Positions 12,834 through 25,608 of a stretch of 64,000 bases of DNA are shown in pieces; the first letter of the stretch is position 1, and each line of letters opens with the position of its first letter. Source of the DNA: Gonapodya sp. JEL0774 (taxonomy: Eukaryota). The stretch covers positions 1 through 64,000 of the forward strand of contig JADIIX010000056.1 of NCBI GenBank assembly GCA_027604505.1. The letters are read 5' to 3'. The notes under the pieces were generated by a model. The model was not told the DNA's origin. It searched no databases and saw only the letters and a program-made list of their open reading frames with translations. Made by a program: the position numbers and the translations under genes.

Positions 12834-14397
12834 CTACCTATGAAATGTACCAGCAAAGAACGGACTCATCTTCACCTCCCCCTCACCTTCCTTCACCTCA
12901 TTCCGGTACAAACTCTTTATCGCCTCACTTCTTTCTTTCGTCTTGTTCACCTTCTCCGCAACTGTATCAAGCTTGGGCATGCGCACATTCACCGACGCTC
13001 GCTTCCGCGCGTGTTCGTCAGCCAGATGGTCATCATCGTCTAGACCAAGACTAATGCTAGGCACAATGGCATCGCCATGTTTGCGCTTCTTGGAGCTGTT
13101 CACGGTCGGGTCATCGTCCGATCCAGAACCCCCAGATGTAACGACTCCACTATCGTCCAGCGTACCGGCCTTTGTATTACCTTTCTGCCCCTTCCTTGCT
13201 TCCTTGGCCTCCTTCTCCTTCCTTTTCCTCTCCTTCTTCTCCCTATCCCTCGCTTCCCGTTCCGCCTTGATCCTCTCCATCCTCTCCTTGAGCCTCTCCA
13301 AATCTTCGGGCTTCCTTGAGTTGACGGGTATAACATCATCAGGTGTGAAAGGGGTGGCACAAACCAGGCATGTCGTGGAGGGAACTTGCTGGAGGGCTTG
13401 GGCAGATAGGACATGGCCGCATGGAAAGAGGTAGACAAAGCTGAACGGTGGACGTGCAGCATTGAAGATTTCGTTAAAGATGGAATGAATTTGTTTCAAT
13501 AAACGTAACCCAACGTGAATCACGATTCCAAAAGTTCCCAGCAACAAAACCAGATCCATCATTATGTACGTATCCTTCTCCTCCAAAGAACATGCCGGGC
13601 CCCAAAACCAACCACAATACTCACGGATATTTGCCATTCATCTCTCTCATGGTCACAGGACATATCCATCTTGGTACGACAATATCGTCTTTCGTACTGG
13701 TCGAAAGTGCTGCAGACGCGGATACAATGGCTGACGAGGAGTAGGAGTAGGAGGAAGGGAGGGAGAGGAAGACGGGATTGTCGGTGAAGTGGAGGTCGAC
13801 AACGTCCTGATGGAGAGATATTGGGTAATGATTAGAGTCACAAGCCACCATATAAATTTGGTGAGACGCAACTTCAGTCTGGAACTTTCCACCTGCACGG
13901 AGAGCTACAAACATGTTCACGCTCAGGAAAAGCATGTATCGCGACTTTCATTGCCTGGTCTTCTCCACTCTCACAGAAGGCAGACGCCGTCCGCTCCTGC
14001 ACCTTCTTCGGTCACAATCACTCACTTTAACCCCCTGCAAATGCCCACAAATTCCCTCCCCATCACCAAATGCCCCCTTCCTATCGAGCAAGAACCTGAT
14101 GACTGCCTCCTTGTTGTACAGTCTTCCCAGCCCACACCCCACAACCGGAGGGCACAATGGTTCCTTGGACAAGGCACAAAACTGCGAGGCTTGCCGGGCT
14201 TGGGCATGTGGGTCAGCCCGCTCGGGTTTCTTTTTGGTCTTGACGAGCTCAATGCGCGTCGGGATAGAGCCGCCATCGCAACCCTTTGCACGGTTGGAGA
14301 GAAGACCAAACGACCAGGAGATAGGGACAAAGAAGACGGAGAAATAAGGTCAGCGTTTCAATCTAGATGTGGTCGGAGCGGATTCTCCACCCACCAT
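12834..14397 (-). CDS. RTF2: Replication termination factor 2 (Rtf2 RING-like)
   Basis: M|GCDGGSIPTRIELVK, CALSKEPL...GLGRLYNKEAVIRFLL, WICPVTMREMNGKY, PCGHVLS...CLVCATPF, then a K/E-rich tail. Confidence 0.92.
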
Positions 14398-14787
14398 CGC
14401 TGTGAATGCCGTTAAGTTTCGTGGTAGTTCGAGATACAAATTTTGTGCTGCACAGCCAGCCTCTCTTGAACACATGAACGAAAAACTGTTCACCACAACT
14501 GAGTCAACGTTGATATGACCACCTTGTAAAAACTGGAATGTCTCCATAAGACAAACTTGAACAGATAAACACGGAGTGTATCATCTCGTCGACCAACGCC
14601 CGCCCAGACGGACACGTACTTCTGTCGCCCAATTTATTTCCAGTGCAATTATTTACAATAGTTCGTCATACATTTTCTCTCGCCTCCGAGAACACCAGGT
14701 GATCTTGTCCTCGCTGACCAGTGCAGGTATTGGCTGTGAGTCACATTTTACATAATGACCATTTTGGTTCACCTTTGAATGTTCTGA

Positions 14788-17700
14788 ATGTTCAACAATC
14801 CAACTGCACAGCAAATTCATTCTACTGCTCTCTTGATAGCTTCTCGCACTTTCTCCTTCTCCGCAATACCTACATTGTCTACCAGGTTGTTCCGAACGGC
14901 AACCCCCATTTGCACAAAAACCTCTCCTAAGACGGCCGCCACCAATCCAGATCAGCGCGCGACCCCGGCGCTTGCGAGAACTCAGCAGCTGCTCACTCAT
15001 ACGCGCTCCATAGCCTCGGCTCACCAGCCGCAACCATTCCCTTCGTCGTCTCACCTTCCGACTCCACCCTTTCCGGCACAAAACGCCGCAAACACACATC
15101 AACACTCAATGGTTCCTCCTCCTCTGCTGAGCCAGGCGTCGCAGGCTGGAATCCCGCTAGCCAATGGCTTATGTGTCATCAAATCTCAGCACATCAACCG
15201 TGGTGAGTTATCTGTTTTCATTCCATCCAGAGCGGTTTGCCCTGCTACTATGTAGCAAAAGAAGAAGTATCGCTTTTGTTTGCTCGCATTTTGGTTTGCT
15301 CGCCAAGTTTGATTTCGGGCATCAGGAACCGTTGCGGCACGTCGTTTGGTTCGTTTGTTGGTCTGGCGAAGGCCCTTTCTACTTCGTATTTCGTATGTCG
15401 AAATATCTACCCACTTAACCGCGTGGGTCATATCATAAGTCGATCCTGGTGGCACGGAACTTCTCTACTCTTTGCCGGATTCTGAAACGTACCGATTATT
15501 CTATGCCATGCTCCCACAGGCTCTGCTTTCCCGGCCGCCACCCGCACCGCTCTTCATTTGACCGGTCTTTTGCCCCCTGCTGTCGAATCCCTAGACCTGC
15601 AGAAAGCACGTGTGCTCGAACAGCTCAGACTCAAGTCGTCGGACATTGAAAAATACACTTATTTGTCAACGTTGAAGAACACAGACTCCACCCTTTTCTA
15701 CAAGACGATGATTGAGCATTTGGATGTGAGTGAATTATTGCACAACGCAGCTGTTTTACCATTGAGATATCGCGGGTTCTACTGGGGAGGTAACTCAAAT
15801 GTTGTACACGTTGGGAGATCGCGAATGTAGCGAATCCTAATTCTTCTCACAAATATCTCCTCATCGCTGCTAATCCCTCCCCAGGAATTCGCCCCAATAA
15901 TATACACACCCACCGTGGGGGAAGGTAGTTTCCATCCTTCCCGTTCGGCCCATCTGCAGCAACTGAGTCACCAGTTCTACCCCTCCCGTAGCGTGTATCA
16001 AATGGTCCCACATTTACCAACCGGGCATTGCAGACGGTCTTTACCTGTCCCTCTCCCAGAAGGGCCATGTACGCGAAGTCCTGGACAGCTGGCCTTATGG
16101 TGCGCCAGACATTGCGGTAATGACAGATGGCAGCAGAATATTAGGGTTGGGGGATTTGGGGGTGGTGGGTCGTGCTTCCTGGGCTCGCTTATGCATCGAT
16201 ATGTTAAACTCACACGGTTAATGGAATCCACGACACCTCCCCGCTCTCCAAATCACCCACCCACACACATACACACACAACAAAAGAATGGAATGGGTAT
16301 CCCAGTGGGCAAACTTTCTCTCTACATTGGTGCCGCTGGCTTCCACCCTTCGCGTACCTTGCCAATCACCCTTGACTTGGGCACCAACACCGAACCCATT
16401 CTCAATGATCCGCTGTATTTGGGGACGAGGGCGAAGAGGCCGAGTGATGAGGTGTTCTTTGAGTTTGTGGATGAGGTAATGGAGGCGTTGAAGGATAAGT
16501 GGTGGGTATGGGTAGATGAACAACGATTCCATTCAGAACTAAAACTTACCTATCATCCACTGTGTTGGCTTCTATGTGTTGATTCAAGGCCTGCCATGCT
16601 TGTGCAATTTGAAGACTTTTCATCTGAGCATGCCTTCGCGACTCTCGAGAGGTATCGCAACACCGTGGGTGGCACTTTCCTTATCAACCGTTTGATTGAG
16701 GTTCAAATCTTTGAGTTTTCCGCCCCACGGTTTTTCGCAGTACATGTGTTTCAACGATGATATTCAGGTAAGTTTGTAATTGCTTCCCTGAAACCCGAAC
16801 TGGAACAGACATGAATAATTTTCACGGTCTGGTTTCAGGGCACTGGTGCCGTCATCCTTAGCGGCTTTATCAATGCCGTTAAACAGTCCGGAATCCCTAT
16901 CTCGCAACACCAGCTTCTCTTCTACGGTGCAGGTAGCGCCGGTGTGGGTGTCGCCTTGCAAATCCGCGATCATTTTGTCAAGCAAGGCGGACTCACCGAA
17001 GAACAAGCAAATGCGCGGTTTTGGCTCATGGACACCAAGGGGCTCGTCACTATGGACCGTGGGGATCATTTGGCCAGTCATAAAGTGGTATTAGCGAGGA
17101 AGGATAACGGGGGAAAGCAGTATAAGACAATCGAGGAGGTCATAGAGCACGTGAGACCGACGGCGTTGATTGGGTTGTGCACCATGGGTGGTGTGTTTTC
17201 GGCCAACGTGATTCGGAAGATGGCTGACGTGAACGATAGGCCGAGTAGGTACACAGACGTAACGTCTTGCGCGGTAGCCTGCACACCTCCACCCTTGTTT
17301 TTATTGGTTCTGTTTCCTCCACCCACACCGCGGCAGTCATTATGCCCCTGAGTAATCCCCTCAAGAATGCAGAATGCACCTTTGAAAGCGCCATGATAAA
17401 CACGGACGGCAGAGTCCTGTTCGCATCTGGTGAGTACCTTAAAGTCTGAGTATCATGAGAAAACCAAGTGGAACGCGGATTGCTGATTTATATATTTTTT
17501 GGGGAATAGGAACAGGATTTCCGGTATTCAAAGACGCCAAGACTGGAAAAATCTCCAGACCGGGACAGGGGAATAACATGTGAGTTTATATGGGAATATT
17601 GTGCAATAACCAATAAGTTACCGATAACGCAATGTGCGCGCTGTTGTGAATTCGTTTCAGGTACATCTTTCCCGGTGCGTAAACTCAATGAGAGAAATTT

Positions 17701-18155
17701 TTTGGTTTGTGAGGCGCATTCCACCACTACTAGCATTCCCTCATTCCCGTCATTGACCTACAGGCCTGGGTCTAGGTGCAGTACTCAGCAAAGCTGCGCA
17801 TGTGAACGACAACATGGTTTACGTGGCTGCTGCATGTACGTTGCTTCTCCAATACCCAAAGTCATATTGCTTGCATGAGAAATTAACCGCGGTTTCCCAT
17901 CAACGATGCAACCCTGTGATCCCAGCGCTTGCCGACTCCCTCAATGAATCTGAACAGGCTGAAGGCTTGATATACCCCTCTCTTCCACGCATCCGCGACA
18001 TATCTGCCCAAATCGCCGTAGCAGTATGCAAAGAGGCCGTTTTAGAAGATGTCGCACAGGAACCTGAGGTGGTGGAGATGGTCAAATCTGGTCGGGATGG
18101 TGAACTATTGGATTGGGTGAAGGCAAGGATGTATAATCCCAGCCAAGGACAGTGA
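14788..18155 (+). CDS. Malic enzyme (decarboxylating malate dehydrogenase), probably NADP-preferring; alternative in-frame start at 15109
   Basis: Motifs GLLPPAV, PIIYTPTVGE, TDGSRILGLGDLG, GMGIPVGKL, QFEDF, CFNDDIQG, GAGSAG, PLSNP and GQGNN, spread over many exons. Confidence 0.95.
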
Positions 18156-18771
18156 TGTCTTTGGTGATGTCGGATGCGCTGTTTTTCGTGAGGGTTCAGA
18201 TGGGAACAAATGAGACAGGGTGATGTCAACACCTCTTTCTGAGAAGTCCAATGTCTTTGCTTACACCGTTCATTCAAGTCAATCTGCATCTATAAAGAGT
18301 GTAGACCACAATAATATTCTTCAAATATTACAGATACTATCAACGTGACGTGTTTTCCATCGGAAGGGAACGTCCTGGAACAGCCCGGTAAAACCTGGAA
18401 AACCCCTGACAAGGGCTGGGACTCCATACGCACATGTTCCATTCTGTGAAATAGAAAAATGAAATTGCTTTTCATTCCCTCGCGTACATTCACATACCAC
18501 GATTTTGGGTGATTGCTGTGACCAGGATATTATTGGTCATGGGCTGTTTGTGGGCTTTGGGCCTTTGTGGGTTAAACATAACATCAATGAGTCACCGAGG
18601 GACATCCCACAAAATACATCTCAAAACGCCGGGATTCCTCCAAGTCTCTGTGAGTGCCCGAATGCAAATAACTCTCCACCCTCTGTAGTTAGCGTCCAAT
18701 CTTTCGCTTTCCTGGACGCACCGTGTTTCCCCTCCAGATAGTTTCACATCACATTCTTTCCTAGCCGCAAG

Positions 18772-20621
18772 ATGTCAGATCCTCTGTCAATAGCCGCGAA
18801 ATCAATCGCAGAAGTGGGCGTACCTATAATTATCATCGTGTTATTGGGGGCCGCCATGAGTGCAGGAGGGTGAGCAATACACCAGTCTCATCAAAAATGT
18901 GTTCAATGCATTCAATTGTGATACTCATTCACTCTCTCAGTGCCTTTCCCACACAGCAAGCCCTCCCGTGGCTTAATAAATTTGTGTTTTACGTCGCTAT
19001 TCCTTCCACCGTGTTCAAAGGGTTAGCCACACAGGATTTCGTTCGAGACAAAACTTTCGACTGGGGATTCATTGGTGTTTTTCTTATGCTCCGAATCTTC
19101 GGTCCGTTCTTCGAAGTCTCTTCTTTCCCTTAAGGGCTCTTGAGCATGCATCTGAATCTTTGTCCTCTCTGCCCCACATCCTCTCTTTCTCGCGAAGTGG
19201 GACTCATCGCACTTGTCTTCTCCCTCGCCTACGGCACCTACGGCCAAAGTGAATCCGCCAAAGAGCATAAAAACGACTGGATTGGGCACTTTCTTACTCA
19301 CTGGATTGCAGAAACGTATATCAACACTTTGATTTTCGGTATTCCGGTGCTCAAGGTGATTTGTACACCTCCTTTCATACAAACATCAATTACACACATT
19401 TAACTCTTTCGCTATCGCCTTCTTATATGAGTCTATTTACGGCCCCACTGCCCTCCTCTGGAATGTTCTCGCCTCTATCTCATCATTGTTCTTCCAGCTT
19501 CCCGTAATGCTGGTATTCTTCGAGGTGCGTACGGCAATAGATTACAACAACGAGTAACTGGTGGTCAGTGATGTCACCCTGTCTCATATACCCTCCCAAC
19601 CATTGTCGCAGTTTCGCCGAAAGCAAATGGAACACCGCATAAGTGTCTCCTGTGTGAACCCTGAGAACTCCATCAGTTCTCACAACAACGGTCAAGAGTA
19701 TACCGCCATACTCAACCCAGACGGTTCCACTGCGACGTTACCCCTACCCCATGATAAATCTAAAGCGGGATTGCGTGACCACACCCACGATGAGCCTCAA
19801 CCCACAGGTGGGGAAGTATTTACGGATGGTCTTACGTGGCAAGCCAAGACAATTTCAGTTCTCAAGCTTGGCGCGAGGGGTATTGCGACAAATCCCCCAA
19901 TGGTGAGCTGATCCGGATATTTTGTTGCCATGTTGTCATGTACGTGCGCTTACCGCGTTTGTTATATCTCAGTGGGGAATTTTCGGTGGCATTTTCTACT
20001 CGCTTGTATTCACCTCGACGATTAATGGGGCGGTATACACACTGGATGCGTGCACTGGAAAGGTGGGAGAATGTTGTCCAAACATTCTTCGCTCACGGGT
20101 TCTGACGCAATTGTAACGCAGCACATCTACCCTATCCACTTCGATAATGCGCTGCAATGGCTTTCTGATACTATAACCCCCATAGCGAGCTTTTGTATTG
20201 GGTTGTTTGCGTGAGTGAAGCGATGAACGTCAAACTTTGAGCAGACCTGATCATCCTACACTCTCTGAAATACTCCAAACATCCGTCCAGCTGGACTCAC
20301 TGGCGCACAATCCTCAAAACATGGCGTCGCGAAACCATCTACATCCTCCTGAAAATGATCCTGGTACCTCTCTTTACCATTCCACTGGTGCTCATGTTCA
20401 ACATTCAACCAGCCGGGAAAGCTCGGGGGGCGGTCCTCATCGCAGCCATGCCTATTGCGCTCGCGTCTTTTTCGCTCACTCAGCAGTACGGCGTCGGGCA
20501 GGATTCGATGGCTGCACAGGTCATCATCGGGACGATCTTAATGACTCCTGCATGTGTCGCGTGGGATGCAGTGATGCAGAGTGTGGGATTGTTTGGGACA
20601 GACACCTTGAGGCTGCATTGA
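18772..20621 (+). CDS. Auxin-efflux-carrier (AEC / Mem_trans) family transporter, PIN-like 5TM-loop-5TM
   Basis: LNKFVFYVAIPSTVF, INTLIFGIPVL, hydrophilic central loop, ATNPPM, KMILVP, AAMPIALASFSLTQQYGV, AAQVIIGTILMTP. Confidence 0.85.
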
Positions 20622-20848
20622 ATTGGGATAGATGGGATTGACGAGAAACTCTCTGGATACCGCTCTGAACAATCGATCATAAGAAATGATAATCACTTTT
20701 ATTCAGAAGAGCAAGCGTAGGATAGTCGATCATGTGTATTACTGGTGCACCTACTTAATTGCATGTTCATTCCATGTTACGTATTTCGAATACCATGTTA
20801 TGTTCCGATGTTGCATGGGAAGGGGACAAATTCAACCATCGACCCAAA

Positions 20849-22588
20849 ATGACTGGCGGACTCTGGGTCGACAAGTACCGTCCACGCTCTCTCGATAAGC
20901 TGGATCACGTGTCTCATCTATCACAGCATCTCAAGCAGCTGGTATGCTTGAATGGCGAATACAGTGCTATAAATTTCTTCAGTGATTGACTCCGGATCTT
21001 CCCGTACTAAGGCGTCGAGTGAGGACTTCCCTCATCTTCTGTTCTACGGCCCTTCAGGTGCTGGCAAAAAAACCCGGATTGTCGCGACGCTGAGGGAGAT
21101 TTACGGGCCTGGTGTAGAGAAGGTGTGGTATCCTCTTCCACATTGATTCGAGAGCATCCTTTCTCCAAACTTGTTCTCTGATACCGCGATCATCTTGTTT
21201 TAGCTGAAAATAGATCAGCGTGTCACAACTACGCCGTCTGGGCGCAAGGTGGATGTGAACATTGTGTCCAGCAACTATCACTTGGAGGTGACACCAAGGT
21301 ACTCAACCCTACATTGCGTTGATCGTCGGCGGTCTGAGACTCGAAAGAAAACTTTCTCTAATATCGTGCCTTTTGGTTATGGTGACCGCGTTTAGTGATG
21401 TAGGCATCTTTGACAGAGTCATTGTGCAGGAGCTCATAAAGGAGGTTGCGCAGACTCAACAAGTGGACGCAAACGCGCGACATAAATTCAAGGGTATGTG
21501 GTTTGGCTTTTGGGTCGCCGTGGATCTTCAACTGCTCGTTGGGTAGCTTTGCACCTCATTCATCGAAATTCCTTCATGGATTCTCCCAACTCACTCTCTC
21601 GCTTTTAGTTGTCATTCTCAACGAAGCTGACTACATGACCCGTGAAGCCCAGCAAGCACTGCGTCGAACCATGGAGAAGTACACCAACAATGTTCGAATC
21701 ATCCTGTGCGCAAACAGTACCAGTAAAATTATCGCGCCAATCCGGAGCAGGTGTCTGCTTATCAGAGTACCTGCACCTGAGTTGAAGGATGTGAGGCATT
21801 TGACATTCGTTATTCATCTCTTATCCTTCGCGACCTTCCGAGTGAAAAAGTCGGTCATTCATAGATCTCCGATGCCCTGACCAAAATCGCCAAGAAAGAG
21901 TCCGCTTCCGTCCATCCAGAGTACATTCAAAGGATTGCTGAAAAGTGTGGTCGGAACTTACGGAAAGCTATTCTGATGTTGGAGATGGGCGTCGCGGACG
22001 GGTGAGGTGGTCATTTCAATGTCTGGGCGTTGTGCTCATCACAGAGAATGTGACCTCTACCTGTCTCTTTAAATTGATGTTCTTCAAGCTCAAGTAGCGG
22101 TGCAAAAGATGTACCGATTTTTGACTGGGAGCTGTTTATCAAGACGACGGCAAGAGAGATTATTACAGAGCAAAGCCCCCAAAAACTTCTTCAAGTCAGG
22201 CAGAGGCTGTATGAACTTCTTGCAAAGTGCATCCCAGCAGAGGTTATCCTGAAGGTACCGCCAGCAGTTGTGTCAGCGCAACGTGGATTCCAAATAAATT
22301 ATCACGGCATCCGAACTTACTTTTGGGTTGTTTGCTTCAGACACTCGCTTTTGAGCTTGTACACATGGTTGATGGAGAACTCAAACCCGAGGTTATTGCA
22401 ATGGCTGCCTTCTCTGTGAGTTCCAGAATTCTCATGACGCACAACGTTTTCTCACTTCCTTTCCTAAAACAATTTAGGAGCATCGATTACGACAGGGTAA
22501 TAAGGCAATCTTCCACTTAGAGGGCTTCGTCGCAAAGTTTATGGCAACATACAAAAGCTTTTTGATCAATGTGATGGGAGCCGTGTGA
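20849..22588 (+). CDS. RFC5: Replication factor C small subunit (yeast Rfc5 / human RFC3 orthologue)
   Basis: [66 protein letters not shown]. Confidence 0.95.
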
Positions 22589-22724
22589 TAGCCTCGTTGG
22601 GTCACCTTGTACATACATGCCCAATGTATTCTGTGATTTTGAGAAAGTGTTAGGCTCAATTGCGCAACGAACAGATGGTGACAATATAATGAAAGTTCAT
22701 AACGGGCAGCAAAACTGTTACTGA

Positions 22725-25608
22725 TTATGCACTCCTCCTGTTGCGTCTGGCGTTGCTCCCCACTACCACCCGCCCACGCACACTCGCTTCGGTGCTTTCC
22801 GTATCGCTCTCCTCCTGATCTCCAGGTGGCGTGGTATTGCCACCCTTCACCCCCCTTCGGGCCCTTACTGACCGTCCGCCTCGAGAACCCCGTCCACGCC
22901 CCCGTGATGCTTTACCCCTGCTCTTTCCGGTCCCACTGCTCGAAGTTGTGTTGGTTGTTCTCCGTCGTCGCCGTCCGGCCTCGACAAAGTCACCCTCCTC
23001 TTCTTCATCACCATTCTCTTCGTCACCCTCCTCGTCGTCTTCGTCCGAACCATTTCCTGTCCGCACCGAGGCGCTGTCCCCATTCTCTTTGTCGGCGCTA
23101 CTTGAGTCTGTTGTTGATAAGTTAATGGGAAGGGTGAAATCGGATGTCGGTGATATTGTGGAAGGTTCCTTGTCGGTGGGGACTGTCGCTATAGCGGAGA
23201 TGTCTTTGGAGTCGACAGAGTAATGTGTGTCGGACTCCGAGTTCTTCTTGGTCGAATCGTCCTCATCTCTCGCTCCGGACGAAGCATCGGGGGCAATGAG
23301 TTCCGGTGGTTTCTCCACCTTCAAGGTCCCTTCCAACATCATCTCTCCTAAGGCTGCCGATCCAGAAAATGAAGCGAGCAGAGCGGCAACGGCTACGTCT
23401 TCACCCGTACTCGGAGGCGCTGGAGGTACAACCACCGACGGCACCGACGAAACGTGAGCTGCTCGGACTGTGGAAGCACCTGTTGGGAAACCCCCCCGTG
23501 CCATGCCAAACACCATAAATTCGCTGCGAAATTCATAGAGTCTTCTCGAAAACCGCTCCAAAAGCACTGCCGGAGGACCATCGAATAAATCGGCATCGGA
23601 ATTCGAGCCAGGGTTGACAGAAGCATTCGCGGAGCCATATTGTCCGTCCGCAAAATCCTCACTTTTCGCTGAAGCCACTGCTTCGCCAACCTCGTTGGCG
23701 GGGTCATATATTGGATTCAATCCCATCCCAGCCCTCGCTCTGCCGCACCACTCCCACAGCTGCTTCACTCGCCGATTCATCTCCATGATACTTGTTCGTG
23801 AATTGGGCACCCGAGGTTTGATGGGCGCAGCATCCGAATACGATCCAGAGGCGAAGCGCGAGTCTTTCCCCGAGACCGTGTCATCCACCCCCACGCCGAT
23901 GCGAGGTGCCAAACCACCCAAAGCGGAAGACTGAAAGGACGGTGCAGCCGTCCCCCAACCTCCGCGCCCTCTCTTGAAGGCGTTGCCTCTTGGGTATCCA
24001 GCGGGAATGCCATTTGTCGTCACTTTCGCTCCTCTTTGTCGGCCCACCGCCAAACTGGGTGGTGTCTTTCCTCCGGCTCCTCGGCTCCTCTTGTTTATCG
24101 GTTTTCCCGTTCCAAAATCTGGATCATCCCATCTCCCTTCGTCCTCTTCCTCATCACCTGCTGCAGCGTCCTCGTCCGAGTCTCCCTCCACCGCCACCGA
24201 TTCGCGATCTGGCTCTCGCCTCGCAGTACGCGCAGGACGGGACGCTCCTCCCCCATTCTGACCTCCCGCGCGACCACCAACATGCAACGCATTCACTTCT
24301 ACGTCATCACCATCAGAGCCACCCCCTACTCCCGCGATTCCACCGTCTCCTGCCGCTGAGCCTCCACCATCATCATCGTCGGGCTCATCCTCCCCATTGG
24401 TAGAATCCGCTTTGCGAACCCCTCCTGGACGCCTAGCTTGCCGCTTGCCAAACGCTCGTCGCCGTCCCGTAGAAGCGTTTCCACCTGCTGCAGATCCCCG
24501 GGATCGCTTCGCAGGTCTCCGCCGAGTCGGACGATCATCGTTGGTGGAACCTGAAGATGACTCAGAGTCAGCGGGGTCTCCCTCTACAAGCAGTTTTTGA
24601 TTGCTTGCTAGTTCATCGGCATGGGCGAGTAGTGCGGAGGTAAATTCTGTTTCCGTTGCAGCTGACGCTGTCGCGTTCTCGTCATCCAGCTCCATGGCAT
24701 CGGGACTTCGCACAGTGTTAAGATTTGGCACCACATCTGTGGCAGAACCAATGGCGCCGCGATCGACTCCATGTTCGCTTTCACTCTCCCCGTCTTCATC
24801 GCCCTCATCGCTGTGCTCCCCTCCGCTCTCAGCAGACCGTCGCCTCTTTCGCTTCAGTACTCCAACCGCCCCAGTAGGCTCCCCAGGTGGCAACTTGCCC
24901 TCGATGGTGATAATCTCATCATAGTTCTGTGCTGCCTCCATGGATGTCAAGGTCTGCCGTTTCTTCGGAACTGGGCGGGGACGAAAATTGGCAGCAACAG
25001 GTGACGTCGGTGGTTGTGTTGAAGGTTTCCGGGCCGTGGTTCTATTCGTCGGGAGAAGACAATATAGTAACTCAGTGAAGATCAAGTGTGAATTTCTCGA
25101 GAAAGGCCGAGTTCGAAGTACGGCTACCGCTCCTGCACGCCAACCTCCAGACAACATTCCAAACATCGAATAATCTCCTATCCTCGCATTATTATCATTT
25201 CCTTCAAGTTTCAATCCAAGATTATACGACTGAACTCACTTGGCGTATAACAAGTGTCGATTGTACGGGTGATCCTCCGGCCGACACACATCGCAGTAGT
25301 AGTGCTTGGGAATGTATTTCCGACTCGGAATATTGACGCATTCACCGTGCTGCCAAACTCCGCACTCTTCGCACTGAATCATAAGACCAAAGGACGCTTT
25401 GGTGGAAATCACAGATGGAAAATCACCAACAGAGGGACGACGGTAATCATCCGTTGGAGTATGCACGGGGGTAAATGAACCAGCCATGTGAGGTCGCTCC
25501 GTACAGTTAAGGTGTGGTAACTATTTTCGACTCACTCGTCTTCCCACATACGCAACGTGTTGCATCGTTATTGCCGTCCATGTCAACGCCATTATGGACC
25601 GCGGCCAT
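22725..25608 (-). CDS. CTI6: Cti6-like PHD finger protein (Rpd3L HDAC complex subunit family)
   Basis: N-terminal PHD TRCVCG...GLMIQCEECGVWQHGECV...YYCDVCRPEDH, plus the C-terminal motif KPRVPNSRTSIMEMNRRVKQLWEW characteristic of Cti6 proteins. Confidence 0.75.
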
